IMG/VR virus record: IMGVR_UViG_3300034116_001553
Source of the DNA: an uncultured virus (IMG/VR IMGVR_UViG_3300034116_001553)
Taxonomy: Duplodnaviria > Heunggongvirae > Uroviricota > Caudoviricetes
Reading direction: 5' to 3' (one strand)
DNA length: 64,000 nucleotides
Notes under the pieces: generated by a model
Database searches by the model: none
What the model saw: only the letters and a program-made list of their open reading frames with translations
What the model was told of the DNA's origin: nothing
In this document: positions 28,501 through 41,000 of the stretch, piece after piece
Layout: every line of letters starts with the position of its first letter
Position numbering within the stretch: the first letter of the stretch is position 1
Position numbers and translations under genes: made by a program

Positions 28501-29060
28501 CTGTTCCTGAACCAAGCCCACCAACAATTTCAGAGCTGTCAACAGCCTACGCCAAACTAGATGACTATAAAATGATTTCTGATAATCTAGTACCTAACAC
28601 AGTGGTCTTTAAGCCATTATTTGGCCCCAAAGCCGCAGCCAGTCTGAGAGCAACAATTAAAGTTGTCAAGGCACCAAAAGTAACAGCCACAGTTAGCGAA
28701 ATCAAGAGCCAGGTTATTGCAAATGTAAACAATTATTTTACCATTGATAAATGGGATTTTGGCGACAGCTTCTTTTTCTCAGAATTAGCCGCATATCTAC
28801 ATACACAAATGGGTTCTATTATCAGTTCAGTGGTTCTTGTTCCATTGAACCCATTGAAAAGTTTTGGTGATTTATATGAAATTAGATCAGCGCCAAATGA
28901 AATTTTTGTTAATGGAGCAACAGTGGCTGACGTTCAAGTGATTGACGCACTGACACAAAGTAACATTCAAAGTCAAACTCCGGTGTCAGGATTATATCCT
29001 GTTAGTGTTAGCAGTACCGGAAGATTAAACAGCACACTAAGCCAGACAGGTGAATATTAA
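25581..29060 (+). CDS. Baseplate wedge subunit, gp6-like (extended)
   Basis: YDFETLRKSFVDYL...ENFMDTAERRDSVVRLA...FGDG...ETIDEIKQRAP..YYTQNRMVNGEDY. Confidence 0.85.
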   Translation: MAKTARQTAIFGVEDWKRLYQTYREADFQSYDFETLRKSFVDYLRLYYPETFNDYIESSEFIALLDVMAFMGQSLAFRNDLNTRENFMDTAERRDSVVRLANLISYTPKRNEAAQGLLKVFSVSTTENVVDYNGINLSNVTIDWNDPTNPNWFEQLTLIINASLVDSQKYGRPGNKQTLLGIDTSEYAINLVPGFLPVIPYTTAVDGVNMPFEAVSGTSQGKDYIYEPAPRPNGVFNVMYRNDSLGFGSENNGFFFLFKQGVLQNQDFNLAEALPNRTVNINIEGINNQDYWLYQLDNIGSIATEWKYVESVYAAALEQLSPDQRKIYSITSRTNDQITMTFGDGVFSEVPVGFYRTYVRASNGLRYIINPEEMQSISLPISYISRTGRLETITFTCGITTPVSNAAPRETIDEIKQRAPARYYTQNRMVNGEDYNNFPFTLYNSIIKSKAVARSSTGTSRYVDFTDITGKYSSTNIFASDGVLYRQNVLPSFDFAWINRNDIVDTIANNIEPILPGRSMQQFYYANYPRPSLSVLNFAWNQSTTVVRETTGYFYVGTPTSPQSIGSYASNNAKYLTQGSLIKFAAPSGYFFDANNKLVAGVPLRADEKLIIWATIMAVVLDGTNQGLGNFPDGTGPVILNNFVPTGALAVEVIPKFIDDLPSTIRQQMLQQIELFRNFGLGYNNLTSTWYLITSSNLHQDAPFSLSYAQNTEGLNLDASWLIQFITNGVSYTVVSRGLDYVFASVLQTRFTFDGNESIYDSRTGLVIDDFIKVLKTNSKPDSNQPLTSDVKMDIIAQPVQSDGYVNDYEVIVSYVDSDADGVADNPDFFDEIVAPNIDPNSKLIFLKQTVDFDNLERYLPVEPGIVNAQYATKNDIEVVKTQFVGGQVFYAYDEKVFYELVFTVVNGIVQRTLVQTNIYKARIGRQTLGFQYRHNSPLTNIIDPGSTNIIDLYLVVAEYYTAYQNYIKDTTGTVPEPSPPTISELSTAYAKLDDYKMISDNLVPNTVVFKPLFGPKAAASLRATIKVVKAPKVTATVSEIKSQVIANVNNYFTIDKWDFGDSFFFSELAAYLHTQMGSIISSVVLVPLNPLKSFGDLYEIRSAPNEIFVNGATVADVQVIDALTQSNIQSQTPVSGLYPVSVSSTGRLNSTLSQTGEY

Positions 29061-32000
29061 TGGCAACACGCAGACGTACAATTGACCTTCTTCCAGAGAT
29101 TTTTCGTACAGACACAAACCGAAAGTTTTTGTCTGCTACATTAGATCAACTGACACAAGAACCTATCACAAAGAAAACACAAGGATATGTAGGACGTCGT
29201 GTTGGTCCAGGAGTTAATCCGGCAGATTATTATGTCACTGAACCAACAGCCACACGAACAAACTATCAATTTGAACCAGGTGTTATTTTCTTAAAGCCAG
29301 ATACTAGCACAGCTATTGATGCAATCACATACCCTGGTATGGTTGATGCGTTAGAGTTGCAAAATGCCAATGTTACCAAACAAGATAGACTCTTTGAAAG
29401 TCAATATTATTCTTGGGATCCATTCTGCGACTTTGATAAGTTTTCAAACTATAGTCAGTACTATTGGCTACCGCAAGGCGTAGACAGCGTTGACATTAGC
29501 ACAACTGAAGTTCCACTGACTGACACTTGGGAAGTAACTCGTGAAACCAACGATTACACATTTAGCGATGTGCGAGGCAAAGATCCGATCATCACTGTTG
29601 CACGTGGCGGCAGTTATCAATTCACTGTGAACCAACCTGGTAGCAAGTTCTGGATTCAAGCCGAGCCAGGTATCAATGGCCGGTTATCAGCAACGCCAAA
29701 TATTAGCAGCCGAGATGTGTTGGGGGTAGTCAACAACGGTGAAGACCAGGGCACGGTCACTTTTAATGTTCCGTTGAAAACTGCTCAGGACTTTTACTAC
29801 AACTTAAATGATATTGGTAGCGTTGACCTTGTAACAACTTTAAACTTTAATCAGATTAATAATATCTCTGTTGCACAATTCTTGCAAGAATTTCCAAATG
29901 GAATTGACGGAACCACCAACCTCAATAACAAAACTGTTATTTTCCTAAACAGGAACCCAGATGCTGAATCCGGCGGCTGGCAATTAACCACACCATTTGA
30001 CCCGTTGGTTCGTACTGTACCCAATCAAGTTGGAGCGTCTATCAGCTATGATGTGAACGGCCAACCTTATGATAGCGTTCCTTATGAAACACTTACAGAT
30101 ATAATTGTCAGCGGTGAACCCGATCCCTTGGATGGTCAACCGGGCAGTTATGACAGCATTTTATTTGATCAGACAACAGACATCACATCACAGGCACAGC
30201 GTTATAGTATTTGGCAAATTCAATACATTTCAGAAACCGGACTAGACCCGTATATTCGCTTATCTAGCATATTGCCTGTGAATAATCTCAGTAAGTTTAA
30301 AATCTTGTTTGGAGTAACTTACAGCGGTACTTCATGGTATAAGAATGCATCAGGTTACTTTGAGCAAATTCCTTTGCTGACAGCGGTACTCAACACGCTG
30401 TGGTATCAAGACAGCACAAACCCTGAAATTTTTGGACAAATACGACTGATTGATGCTGAACAGGTAGAACCGATCAATATCAATGACATTATTGGTGCTA
30501 AAAATTACATTAGTCAAAATGGCGTAGAGTTTACCAATGGATTAAAAGTTCAATTTCGTGGACCCACAGTCCCTGCTGGCTACCAGGATTTAGAATACTA
30601 TGTTGAAGGTGTTGGCACCGGCCCGGGTATTTCTGCTCGAGTTGGATTTGTTGACGGTGAAGCGTATTTTGGCGCCTGGCATCTTAAAGATGGTCAAAAA
30701 ATCACAGGAACAATACGCCAGACTGACGTGTACCAACAATATATCTATGATACTGTAGAAGAGAGTCTGCTCAACATCGGCGCCGGCGGCCCAGCCGGTA
30801 CTCCATTGGCAACCAGCGGAGTAGCAGGAGCACCAAAAGGCAACGGTATTGTTTTAATTCCAGTCAGCGACCTAGTCACACCAGAAACATATACCAAAAG
30901 TGAAACCATTCCTTATGATTTTACATCCTATGATTCTACTCCCTGGGATGCTAGTTTAAATGCGCCAACGGTGCCTGACTATATTACAATAAATCGTGCA
31001 AGCCAAGATAGAAATGCCTGGAGCCGTAGTAATCGTTGGTTCCACAAAGATGTTATCAATGCCACTGCTGAATACAACAATCAGGTAGCGGTCATAGATA
31101 ATAATTTCAGAGCAAAACGTCCAATTATTGAATTTCGTGCAAACATCGATTTATACAACAACGGAACACAGGCCAAGCCACCAGTTAACATTGTTGACTT
31201 TGCCAGCACAGATGCATTCAGCAACATCAATGGTCAGCGAGGCTACAGTACTGATGGATACACATTTATCGATGGTAGCCTCGTGATTTTTGCCAATGAT
31301 TCAGATGCAACTGTGCGCAATCGAATCTATGAAGTTAAGTTTATTGATACAACAGGCTCAGGCGTTAAAATTATTGATTTGGTCCCAGTTATCAACAGTC
31401 AAGCATTGGTAAATCAAACTGTTGTTTGTTTAAGTGGCAATACACAGCAAGGAAAGAGCTATTGGTTTGACGGGGTGTCTTGGTTTGAAGCACAAGAAAA
31501 AACCGGAGTTAATCAACCACCATTGTTTGATGTGTTTGATTCCAACGGAGTAAGCTTTGGCAATCGCGCAGTTTACCCAAGTTCAACATTTACAGGGTCA
31601 AGATTGTTTGGCTACGGAGTAGGAACCACATCGTCAGTGGACGTTGTGCTTGGCTTTTCTCTAAAGTATTTGAATATCAATAACCTTGGTGACATTGTAT
31701 TTGAAAACTACCTGTACAATGATACTTTTATCTATGTCAAAGATAATATAAGTTCAGAATTAAAAGTAAGCACTGGGTTTGTTAGAGAATACATTGACCG
31801 TGTGTCGTTTACCGAAGTAATTGGTTGGCAAAAAGCGGCAGCAGAAAATCAAAGCCGCCAAATATTTAGATTTACGTACAACGGTGAAAACTTAAAACTC
31901 GATGTGCCCGTGACAACTACGTCGGTTTTTCCAGCAGTACAGATGTTTATTGAGGGCGTGTTTGTTGACCCAGGCAACTATTCAGTGACTATTAGCGGAC

Positions 32001-35000
32001 AAAATACCATAATTGAATTGGCAGCGCCGCCGCCGGTTGGCACAATAATTGAACTACAAGCACTGAGTAACTACCCAAGTAAAGTTGGATTCTATCAAGT
32101 TCCGTTAAATCTTGAAAACAATCCTCTTAACGAAAATAGCGGATCGTACACTCTTGGCACAATTAGAACTCACTATGAAACTATTGGACAAAATCTTAAA
32201 GATCTTGTTGGACCAATCAATGGCGCAAATAACACTCGAGATCTCGGAGATTTAATTCCCTACGGTGCCAATATTGTGCAACACTCCTCTCCGTTGGCAC
32301 TAACGGGTGTATTTCTCAGAGAACAACAATATGAGTTGTTTAATTCTCTAAGATTTAATAGTCAGGAATACACAAAATATAAATCATTGTTGCTGGACTT
32401 GGCCGCCAAAGGAAATTATATTAATTTAACACCGACTCAGGTGCTGGATTCTGTATTACAAGAAATTTCAATAGGACGATCAAACCTGTCACCATTCTAC
32501 TGGAGTGACATGATCCCCAGCGGAGAAACGTATACTGAGACAACGTACACATATTCGTTCACTAGCGACAGTACATTTGATCTAACAAAAATTTATAGTT
32601 TTACATCTTCAAACTACCACAGCCTGCTAGTTTATTTGAATGGTAACATTCTAACTCGCGGTTATGATTATACAGTATCTGCTGATTCTCCTACAATGAC
32701 AATCACAGCAACTCTGGCAATTGGAGATGTTATCAAGATTCGAGAATATGATACAACTTATGGTAGCTACGTTCCAAACACACCAACAAAGATTGGATTG
32801 TATCCGTCATTTAAACCATCTATGTTTGTGTCGGACACTTATGTCAATCCAACAGAAGTAATACAGGGGCATGACGGCAGTATCACTGTGGCATTTGGGG
32901 ATTTTCGAGATCAGGTTTTGTTAGAATTTGAAACACGAATTTTTAATAATCTAAAAATTATTAGTGAAATCCCAATGGTTCTAGATGAAGTCATGCCTGG
33001 ACAGTTTAGAACCACACAATATTCTCTTACTGAGATCAATGAGATTCTCAGCGAAGATTTTTTAAGCTGGGTAGGATGGAATAAACTTGACTACAATACT
33101 CAGTTTTATGTACCATTGGATCCGTTTACATACAATTACAGCCAAAGTGCAAACAAGTTAGATAACAAACCATTGCTGGGTGGCTGGCGCGGCAACTACT
33201 TATATTTCTACGACACAATTACTCCTAATACCACTCCTTGGGAAATGCTTGGGTTTAGTGAGCAACCATATTGGTGGGAAGCAGAATACGGTCCTGCACC
33301 ATACACATCAGGAAACTTGGTTCTGTGGGAAGATCTTGAAAAAGGATTAATTAAAGACCCAGTTGGTCACTATGTTAATCCACTGTATGTACGTAATGGA
33401 CTAACTCAGGTTATCCCGTCGGGGTCTGAAGGAGAGTTAACCAGCCCGTTTAATTCAATAGTTGGAAATTTTGATCAAACCAGTTTCAGACGTAGTTGGG
33501 TGTTTGGTGATGATGGCCCAGTGGAATCATCTTGGCGTACCAGCAGTTCATGGCCGTTTGCTGTGATGAGATTATTGGCACTAACTAAACCTGCTAAGTT
33601 TTTTGCATTATTTGCCGACAGAGATCGTTATGTATATGATTCTGCGCAAGAGCAATATCTATGGGACAATCGTTACCGACTTGACGCTAAACATCTAGAG
33701 CCTTTGTATGGTAACGGAGTCAGCAAAGCCAGTTATATTGACTGGATCATTGACTACAATCGTCAGAGAGGTATCAACAGCACAACAGGATTAACTGATG
33801 CATTATATAACATTGATGTAAGACTCTGCTGGAGAATGGCTGCATTCAGCGACAAAAATTATTTAAAAATTTACACTGAACGCTCTACACCAAACAGTTT
33901 AAATGCAAGTTTAATGTTACCCGACGAAAGCTATCAACTACTGCTGTACAAAAATCAACCGTTCTCCAAGATTATCTACAGCTCTGTTGTTGTTCAAAGC
34001 ACCGAGGATGGGTGGGCCGTGTATGGATACAGTACCAACTCCCCTTATTTTGATATATTGGTATCAAAGCCAAGCGGAAAGACACTAACTATTTCTGCCA
34101 ATGGTGTCAATATCAGTGTTCCAGTCGAGTACTCTGACACAGTGGCCCAAGTTCCATACGGATATGTGTTTACTAACAAGGCCGCAGTTTGCGATTTTAT
34201 TTTAAGCTACGGTAAACTTCTTGAAACTCAAGGCTTGATTTTTGAAAATCGAGAAAATGGTTCTGCACTTAACTGGCAGCAAATGGCCCAGGAATTTGTA
34301 TACTGGAGCAATCAGGGCTGGGCACCAGGTGCAATTATCAATCTTAACCCGGCAGCAACATCAATTTCTGTCACACGTCCAGGTGCAGTAGTAGAAAGCC
34401 TAGTGCCGGTAACCATTGATAACATTATCTTAAATCAAAATCGCACACCTGTTCCTGGAACAGATTTACAAATTGATCGTTTTGGTAATACATTTAAAGT
34501 TTCTAGTTTAACTTCAAACACCATTAACTTTTTAAATTTAAAATTTACCGCTTACGAACACCTTGCAGTTCTTGACAACACTAGTATTTTTGCTGACCTG
34601 ATTTATCAACCAGTAACTGGAGCACGTCAAAGCCGTATTCGTGTATTTGGTACACTAAGTGGTGATTGGAACGGTACAGTTGACGCTCCGGGATTTGTTT
34701 TAAACCAGGACAACATTGTGGCCTGGATACCAAACAAAAAATACGCCAAAGGCGAGATTGTACTGTTTAAAAATGAATACTGGAGTGCAGGTACAATTGT
34801 TCAGCCGTCACAGGAATTTAACTATTCCGCCTGGATTAAGAGCGACTATGGCTCAATACAAAAAGGTCTGTTACCAAATGCCGCAAATGACAGCAATCAG
34901 CTTGCACAAGCATACAGCGTTTATAATGCAAACTTAGAACGTGATGTTGATTTATTCAGCTACGGGTTGATTGGTTTCCGTCCTCGCGAATACATGCAGG

Positions 35001-38000
35001 CCCTTAATCTCACCGACGTAAGTCAGGTTAACTTGTACCAGTCATTCTTGGGAACAAAAGGTACTCCACGTGCCGCAGAAATTTTTACCTTTGCTAACCT
35101 AGGCAAAGAAATTGCACAGTATGACATCTATGAATTCTGGGCCTTACAACGCAGTACCTACGGTGCCAACGCTAATCGTAGCTATTTTGAATTATTGTTA
35201 AACCAGGCATTGTTGCCCAGCGATCCTTCGTTGATTGAAATTATTTTACCAACACAAGAATCGCCAGCAGATCAAAAAGTGCTGTTAGAAGATGTCTGGA
35301 AAGAAAGTTATAAACTAACATCACCTGATATTTTGCCAACAACAACAGACAATTTTGAGGTTACTCGTTTGCCATTTGCTGGTTATGTAAATTTTGATGA
35401 TGCAGATATTATCTGTTTCAGCTTAGAAAACCCGCAAGAGATTGCTGACAGCTTGCCTTCCATTGGAGTTGGTACAACCATTTGGGTTGCCAAAACTAAC
35501 TCTTATGACTGGAACATATATCGTGTTAACAAAGTTCCAGGAACAGTTACCACAGTAACAGATAACCTAAACGATCGTGCCGCAGTCACATTTACTAAAG
35601 AACATAATTTGTCTGTGGGTGATTTTATAATTATCAAAGAGTTTGATACAGCAATTGACGGAGTTTACAACGTTTTAGCAGTTCCTACTCTAACCACAAT
35701 ACTGATTTCGTATACCTTTGTTGGAGGACAAACCACACTAACTGGCACAGGAATACCATTTACATTAGTGAGCTCACGATTTAAACAAGCATCTGACTTG
35801 GCCAACAATCCAATATCAGCTCAACTGGTACCGGGTGCCATGGCCTGGATTGACGACAACGGAATTGAAAATAACTGGATAGTAATTGAAAAAACAAGTC
35901 CATTTGCACTCAAGACAATTTTAACACCAGCAGTTAGCGTTGAAAATTCACGATTCGGTGCTAGCGTAAGCCAAGGTTTTGAAAATATTGGTGCTCTAGT
36001 TGGTGCTCCAGGATACAATCCCAACAACAATGTTGATGCCCCGGGCGGAGTGTACAGCTATGTCAAAGCTGAAAATGATCAATATATTCAGAACACACTA
36101 CTTCAACTAGGAGCCACCGGAACTGTTGGCTATGGAAATGCCATTGACATCGGCGGAGAAAATTGGGCCGCAGCCGGCGCCAGTCAAAGCAATAACAATC
36201 AAGGTTATGTTGGTGTAATTTATCAATATCCTTCTAGCAATGTATTTGAACAGAGACAACTATTGGTTTCACCTGACCAGGATTTTGGCCAAGGCGAGTT
36301 TGGTCACAGCGTTGTAGTCAGCGCCAACGACCAATGGATGTACATTGGTGCCCCGGGCAACAATAAAGTATATGCGTTTACTCAAGTTGATATACCAGAA
36401 CAAAGAGTCAGATATGTCACTGACGGCGTGAGCTATGTTTACAACTACAGTAACAGTATTATTATTGACAGCGACGAACAAATAACAGTAACCCTTGGCG
36501 ATGAAATTTTAGTGTACGGTGATGATTATACAGTAACGCTAGAAAATGTGGTACTTGGTACTGTTCCAACTGCTGGTCTTCCACTAGTTGTTACACGTAA
36601 TAGTTCGGTTAATCTTGATCAACAGGTTTATTATAATGTCACACAAGATGTAACTTCAGGATCAGGATCAGGAGCTGAATTTACCATCTGGAGAAATCGC
36701 GGTGTATACTATGTAACATTGACTTCACCGGGTACAGCCTATGCAGTTGCAAACACAATTGTCATTGATGCCGCAACCATTGGTGGTGGTACAAGCCCTG
36801 CCAATGACCTGACAATCACCGTAACTGAAGTGGTAACAGGAGGCATAGTCTCATTCACACAGTCAGGCAGTGGAGTTTCAAATACTTCAGTATTTCCACT
36901 TGATCCTTATTTGTACACCGCTACAGATATCTTTTCATTCACTGTCACAGTTAACGGACAACTGTACAGACCGTTCATTGACTATGATTTCAATAGTGAC
37001 AGCGCACTGAGCTCACTGGATTTGGTGTTCAACACCATTCCACCTGCAGACTCGTCGATTACAGTAACAAGTAAAACTTACTATACATTTGTAACTGCGC
37101 TTACTGTTCCTGGATTAGTCAACACAGCAAGATTTGGCCAGAGTGTGGTCACACCAAAGACAGGTGGTACTGTGATTATCGGAGCACCAAATGCAACCAA
37201 TGCTGGCCAGGCCTATGTGTTTGATCGAGCAGTGGAAAGATTTATTGTTACTGATTCAGCAGTTACTTCGTATACAACTGCAGAAACCCTTGTTGGTCCA
37301 ACCGCAGTTACTTTAAATGGTGCGTTCTTATTAAACACCGACGAAAACATCAACGGAACATTCTCAGTGGCTGGAAATACTGTAACAATCACAGCCGCGT
37401 TAAATGTTGGTGACATCATAGAAATTGATACAAATCAATTTAATCTAATCCAAACTGTTGAAGATGAAGATCAACCAGCATTTGCTAATTTTGGATACAC
37501 AGTTGAACAATGTTTAAGTGGTTGTAATTTGTTTGTGGGAGCGCCATTAAATGGCGATCGTAGTCCACAGGGTGGCGCAGTTGAATATTACATTAATCAG
37601 AGCGGAATGTACGGAACCACCACCACTACTGTGGCCAATCCAACATTGACTCCGGGAGATTCTATACGTATTAACAATACTGTGGTCGAGTGCTCAGGAA
37701 CAACTGTTGCAGAGTTAGCAGACGATATTATTGCCGCTGACATTCCAAATGTGACAGTTTTGACTATTCCTGATGTTGAATTATTTGGAGATGGAACAAC
37801 AAAAATATTTGATGTTGGAAACATATACTCAGACGCATATTCGTACACCCCGGTGGTGTATGTAAGAAATGTATTGCAAACGTTGAATGTTAACTACACT
37901 TATAGCAGTGATAACAAACAGATTACATTCATGCTTGCTCCTGGGTTATACGATCCCATCAGAGTTGTAGCAGGAAGATTAACCATTGGAGTTAAAAACT

Positions 38001-41000
38001 TTGAAGCATCAACTCCTTCTTATAGACTAACAGTATTACCATGTCATGGTACTTTATTTGATAGTCTTGGAATTAATACGTATGTCTGGTTGCAAGATAT
38101 CTCACCGCCAGTGATACAAGATTATGCTAATTTTGGCAAGGCAATTTCTATCAACACCGAAAGTACAATGTTAATCATTGGCGCACCAAATGGATCAATT
38201 GTTGCACCAACAACATTTGATAATGGCACCACGTACTTTGATGATTACAGCAGTAATTTCTTTGATCCTGTTAAACAAAGCGGAGTTGTCTACGAGTATG
38301 ATTTCTTGCCGTCGGCCAACCCAAGTGCCACAAATCCTGGAAAATGGGTATTTGGTCAGCAGATATTTGAAGATACAATTCAGCCACTAGATGCACTAGG
38401 AGCGGCAGTCGATTATACTTCAGGGCATATTTTTATTGGAGCACCCGGTGCAGATCTAGGCGATAGCCAGGTTAACTATGGTAAAGTATTGCAGATCGAA
38501 AACCCAACAAGATCACAGGCCTGGGCAGTTAAACATATTCAACAACCAATGGTTGATATAGCATCAATGAACACAGTATTCATGTATGATCGTGTGACTG
38601 GTGCTGCCAAGAATTATTTTGACTACTTTAATCCATTGCAGGGACGAATGTTGGGAGTAATTGAACAGAACATTGATTACACAGGAGCAGTTGATCCTGC
38701 CGCATATAATGTTGGCACAGTGAATAATTATGGAAGTAGTTGGGCTCAGGAACGTGTTGGAAAAATCTGGTGGAACACAACCAATGTTCGATTCATTGAC
38801 CCCAACCAGGACGATATTGTATATGCAAGTCGACGATGGGGACAGATTTTCCCAGGTAGCTCTGTTGATGTTTACCAGTGGACTGCCACTGATGTAGCAC
38901 CAGTTAACTATACAGGACCAGGAACTGTGTATGCCACTGACCAATATGTAGTCACTTCTTCGTTGAATGAGCAAGGTGTGTTTGTTACAACTTATTACTT
39001 CTGGGTAAAAGGAATTACCACAGTTAGTAAGACTGCAAGAAAAACACTAAGTCCTGAAGCAATCACACGATACATTGAAAATCCACGTGCCAGTGGAATT
39101 CCATACATTGCTCCAATTAATGCAAGCACTATTGCAATTTACAACGGCCTGGATTTTATTTCAGCACAAGATACTGTGCTACACGTTGAATTTGACAGAG
39201 AACGAACAGAAAACGAAATTCACATTGAGTATCAGTTGATCCCTCAAGATCGTCCTGATGGTTTCTTGATTGATTCACTGTATCGTAAACTACAAGACAG
39301 TTTCTGTGGAGAAGACACCGCAGGTAGTCCTGTACCTGACCCGTTCTTGAGCCCAAGCGACCAATATGGCGTTCAGTTTCGCCCACGCCAGAGTATGTTT
39401 GTCAACAGATTTTTGGCTTTACAAAACTATCTGCAACGTAGTAATATAATTTTAGCTCAGTATCCAATTTCTGAAAACAGAAATTTATCTTTGTTAAACA
39501 GCGAAGAACCACAGCCGTCGGTGGCTTCTGGCACATGGGATAAACGTGTTGCCAATATTGAAGAATTAAGCTATCAGAATCTGGCCGAAGTACCGTATGG
39601 ATACACGTATCTAGTAGACAGCGATAGTACCAACAATGGTTTATGGACAATCTACGAAACAACTCCGGGATTTATCCCAGGAGAGAAAGTATTGTCGTTG
39701 GTTCGTGTACAAAGTTATAATACTAAAAAATATTGGAATTATATCGACTGGTACCTTCCGGGTTATAACCCGTTGACTAGAATTTTAATAGAAGTCCCAA
39801 CATATTCTGCGTTAACAACAATTTCAGTTCCTAATGGAAGTAGTATTAAAGTTACTGCAAATGCTCAGGGCAAATGGGAAATTTATTTGCTTGAAAATGG
39901 AGTGTGGAATAGAGTTGGATTGCAAGACGGAACAATTGAATTTTCAGCCACGCTATGGAATTACTCAATTGGACGTTTTGGATTTGACGTTGAGGTTTTT
40001 GATGCTCAATATTACGACCAAGAACCAGTTACCGAAACACGCAAAATTATACAGAGTATAAATCAAGAATTATTTGTTGGTGATTTATTAATTGAACGTA
40101 ATCGTCTATTGATATTAATGTTTAATTATATATTATCTGAACAAGAAGCACCACTTTGGCTAACCAAGACCAGTTTAATTGACGTTGATCATACTGTGCG
40201 TAATCTTGAACCATACCAGGTTTACCGTGCGGACAATCAAGACTTTGTGTTAAACTATATTCAAGAAGTAAAACCCTACCACACACAGATCAGAGAGTTT
40301 AACCTGCGTTACCAAGGAGACGATATTTTCCAAGGCAACTTGACTGACTTTGACGTTCCAGCATACTATAACACAGCTCTGAATAAATTTATCAGTCCAA
40401 TACTCGAGTACAACGGCCTAATTTATTCTGACTCAGAATCACTGGCTCCTATTACTGACCCAGTGTGGTCAACCTGGCCGTTTACTCAGTGGGTTAATAA
40501 TTATCTATTAAGCATAGAAGATGTTACCATTGTCAATGGCGGTTCGGGTTATACCATTGCACCTGATGTAATTGTCACAGGTGATTGCCAGACGCCAGCA
40601 GTGATGACAGCATTAATCAATAGTGCCGGTCAAGTGGTTGCAATTGAAATTATCAATCCAGGCGTTGGATATCAAACCACTGCAATTATTACCTTGTCTG
40701 GCGGCAACGGATCTGGTGCCATTGTTGTTGCTGTGATGGGCAACGCAATGGTGCGTGAGTTAACCACCACAATTAAATACGATCGTTGTCAATACAGCAG
40801 TATAGTGGTTGCTTGGGAACCCAACGTTAATTACAGCAACGGCACATTAGTGCGTTATGATAATCGTGTTTGGATAGCTGATTCAAGCGACAGCACAGGA
40901 GTGCAAAGCAGTACATTTGACCCATCAGAGTGGGAGATAAGACCAGCTGGTGAGTTGCAAGGTGCTGACCGTACCATGGGATATTATGTTCCAACTGCCA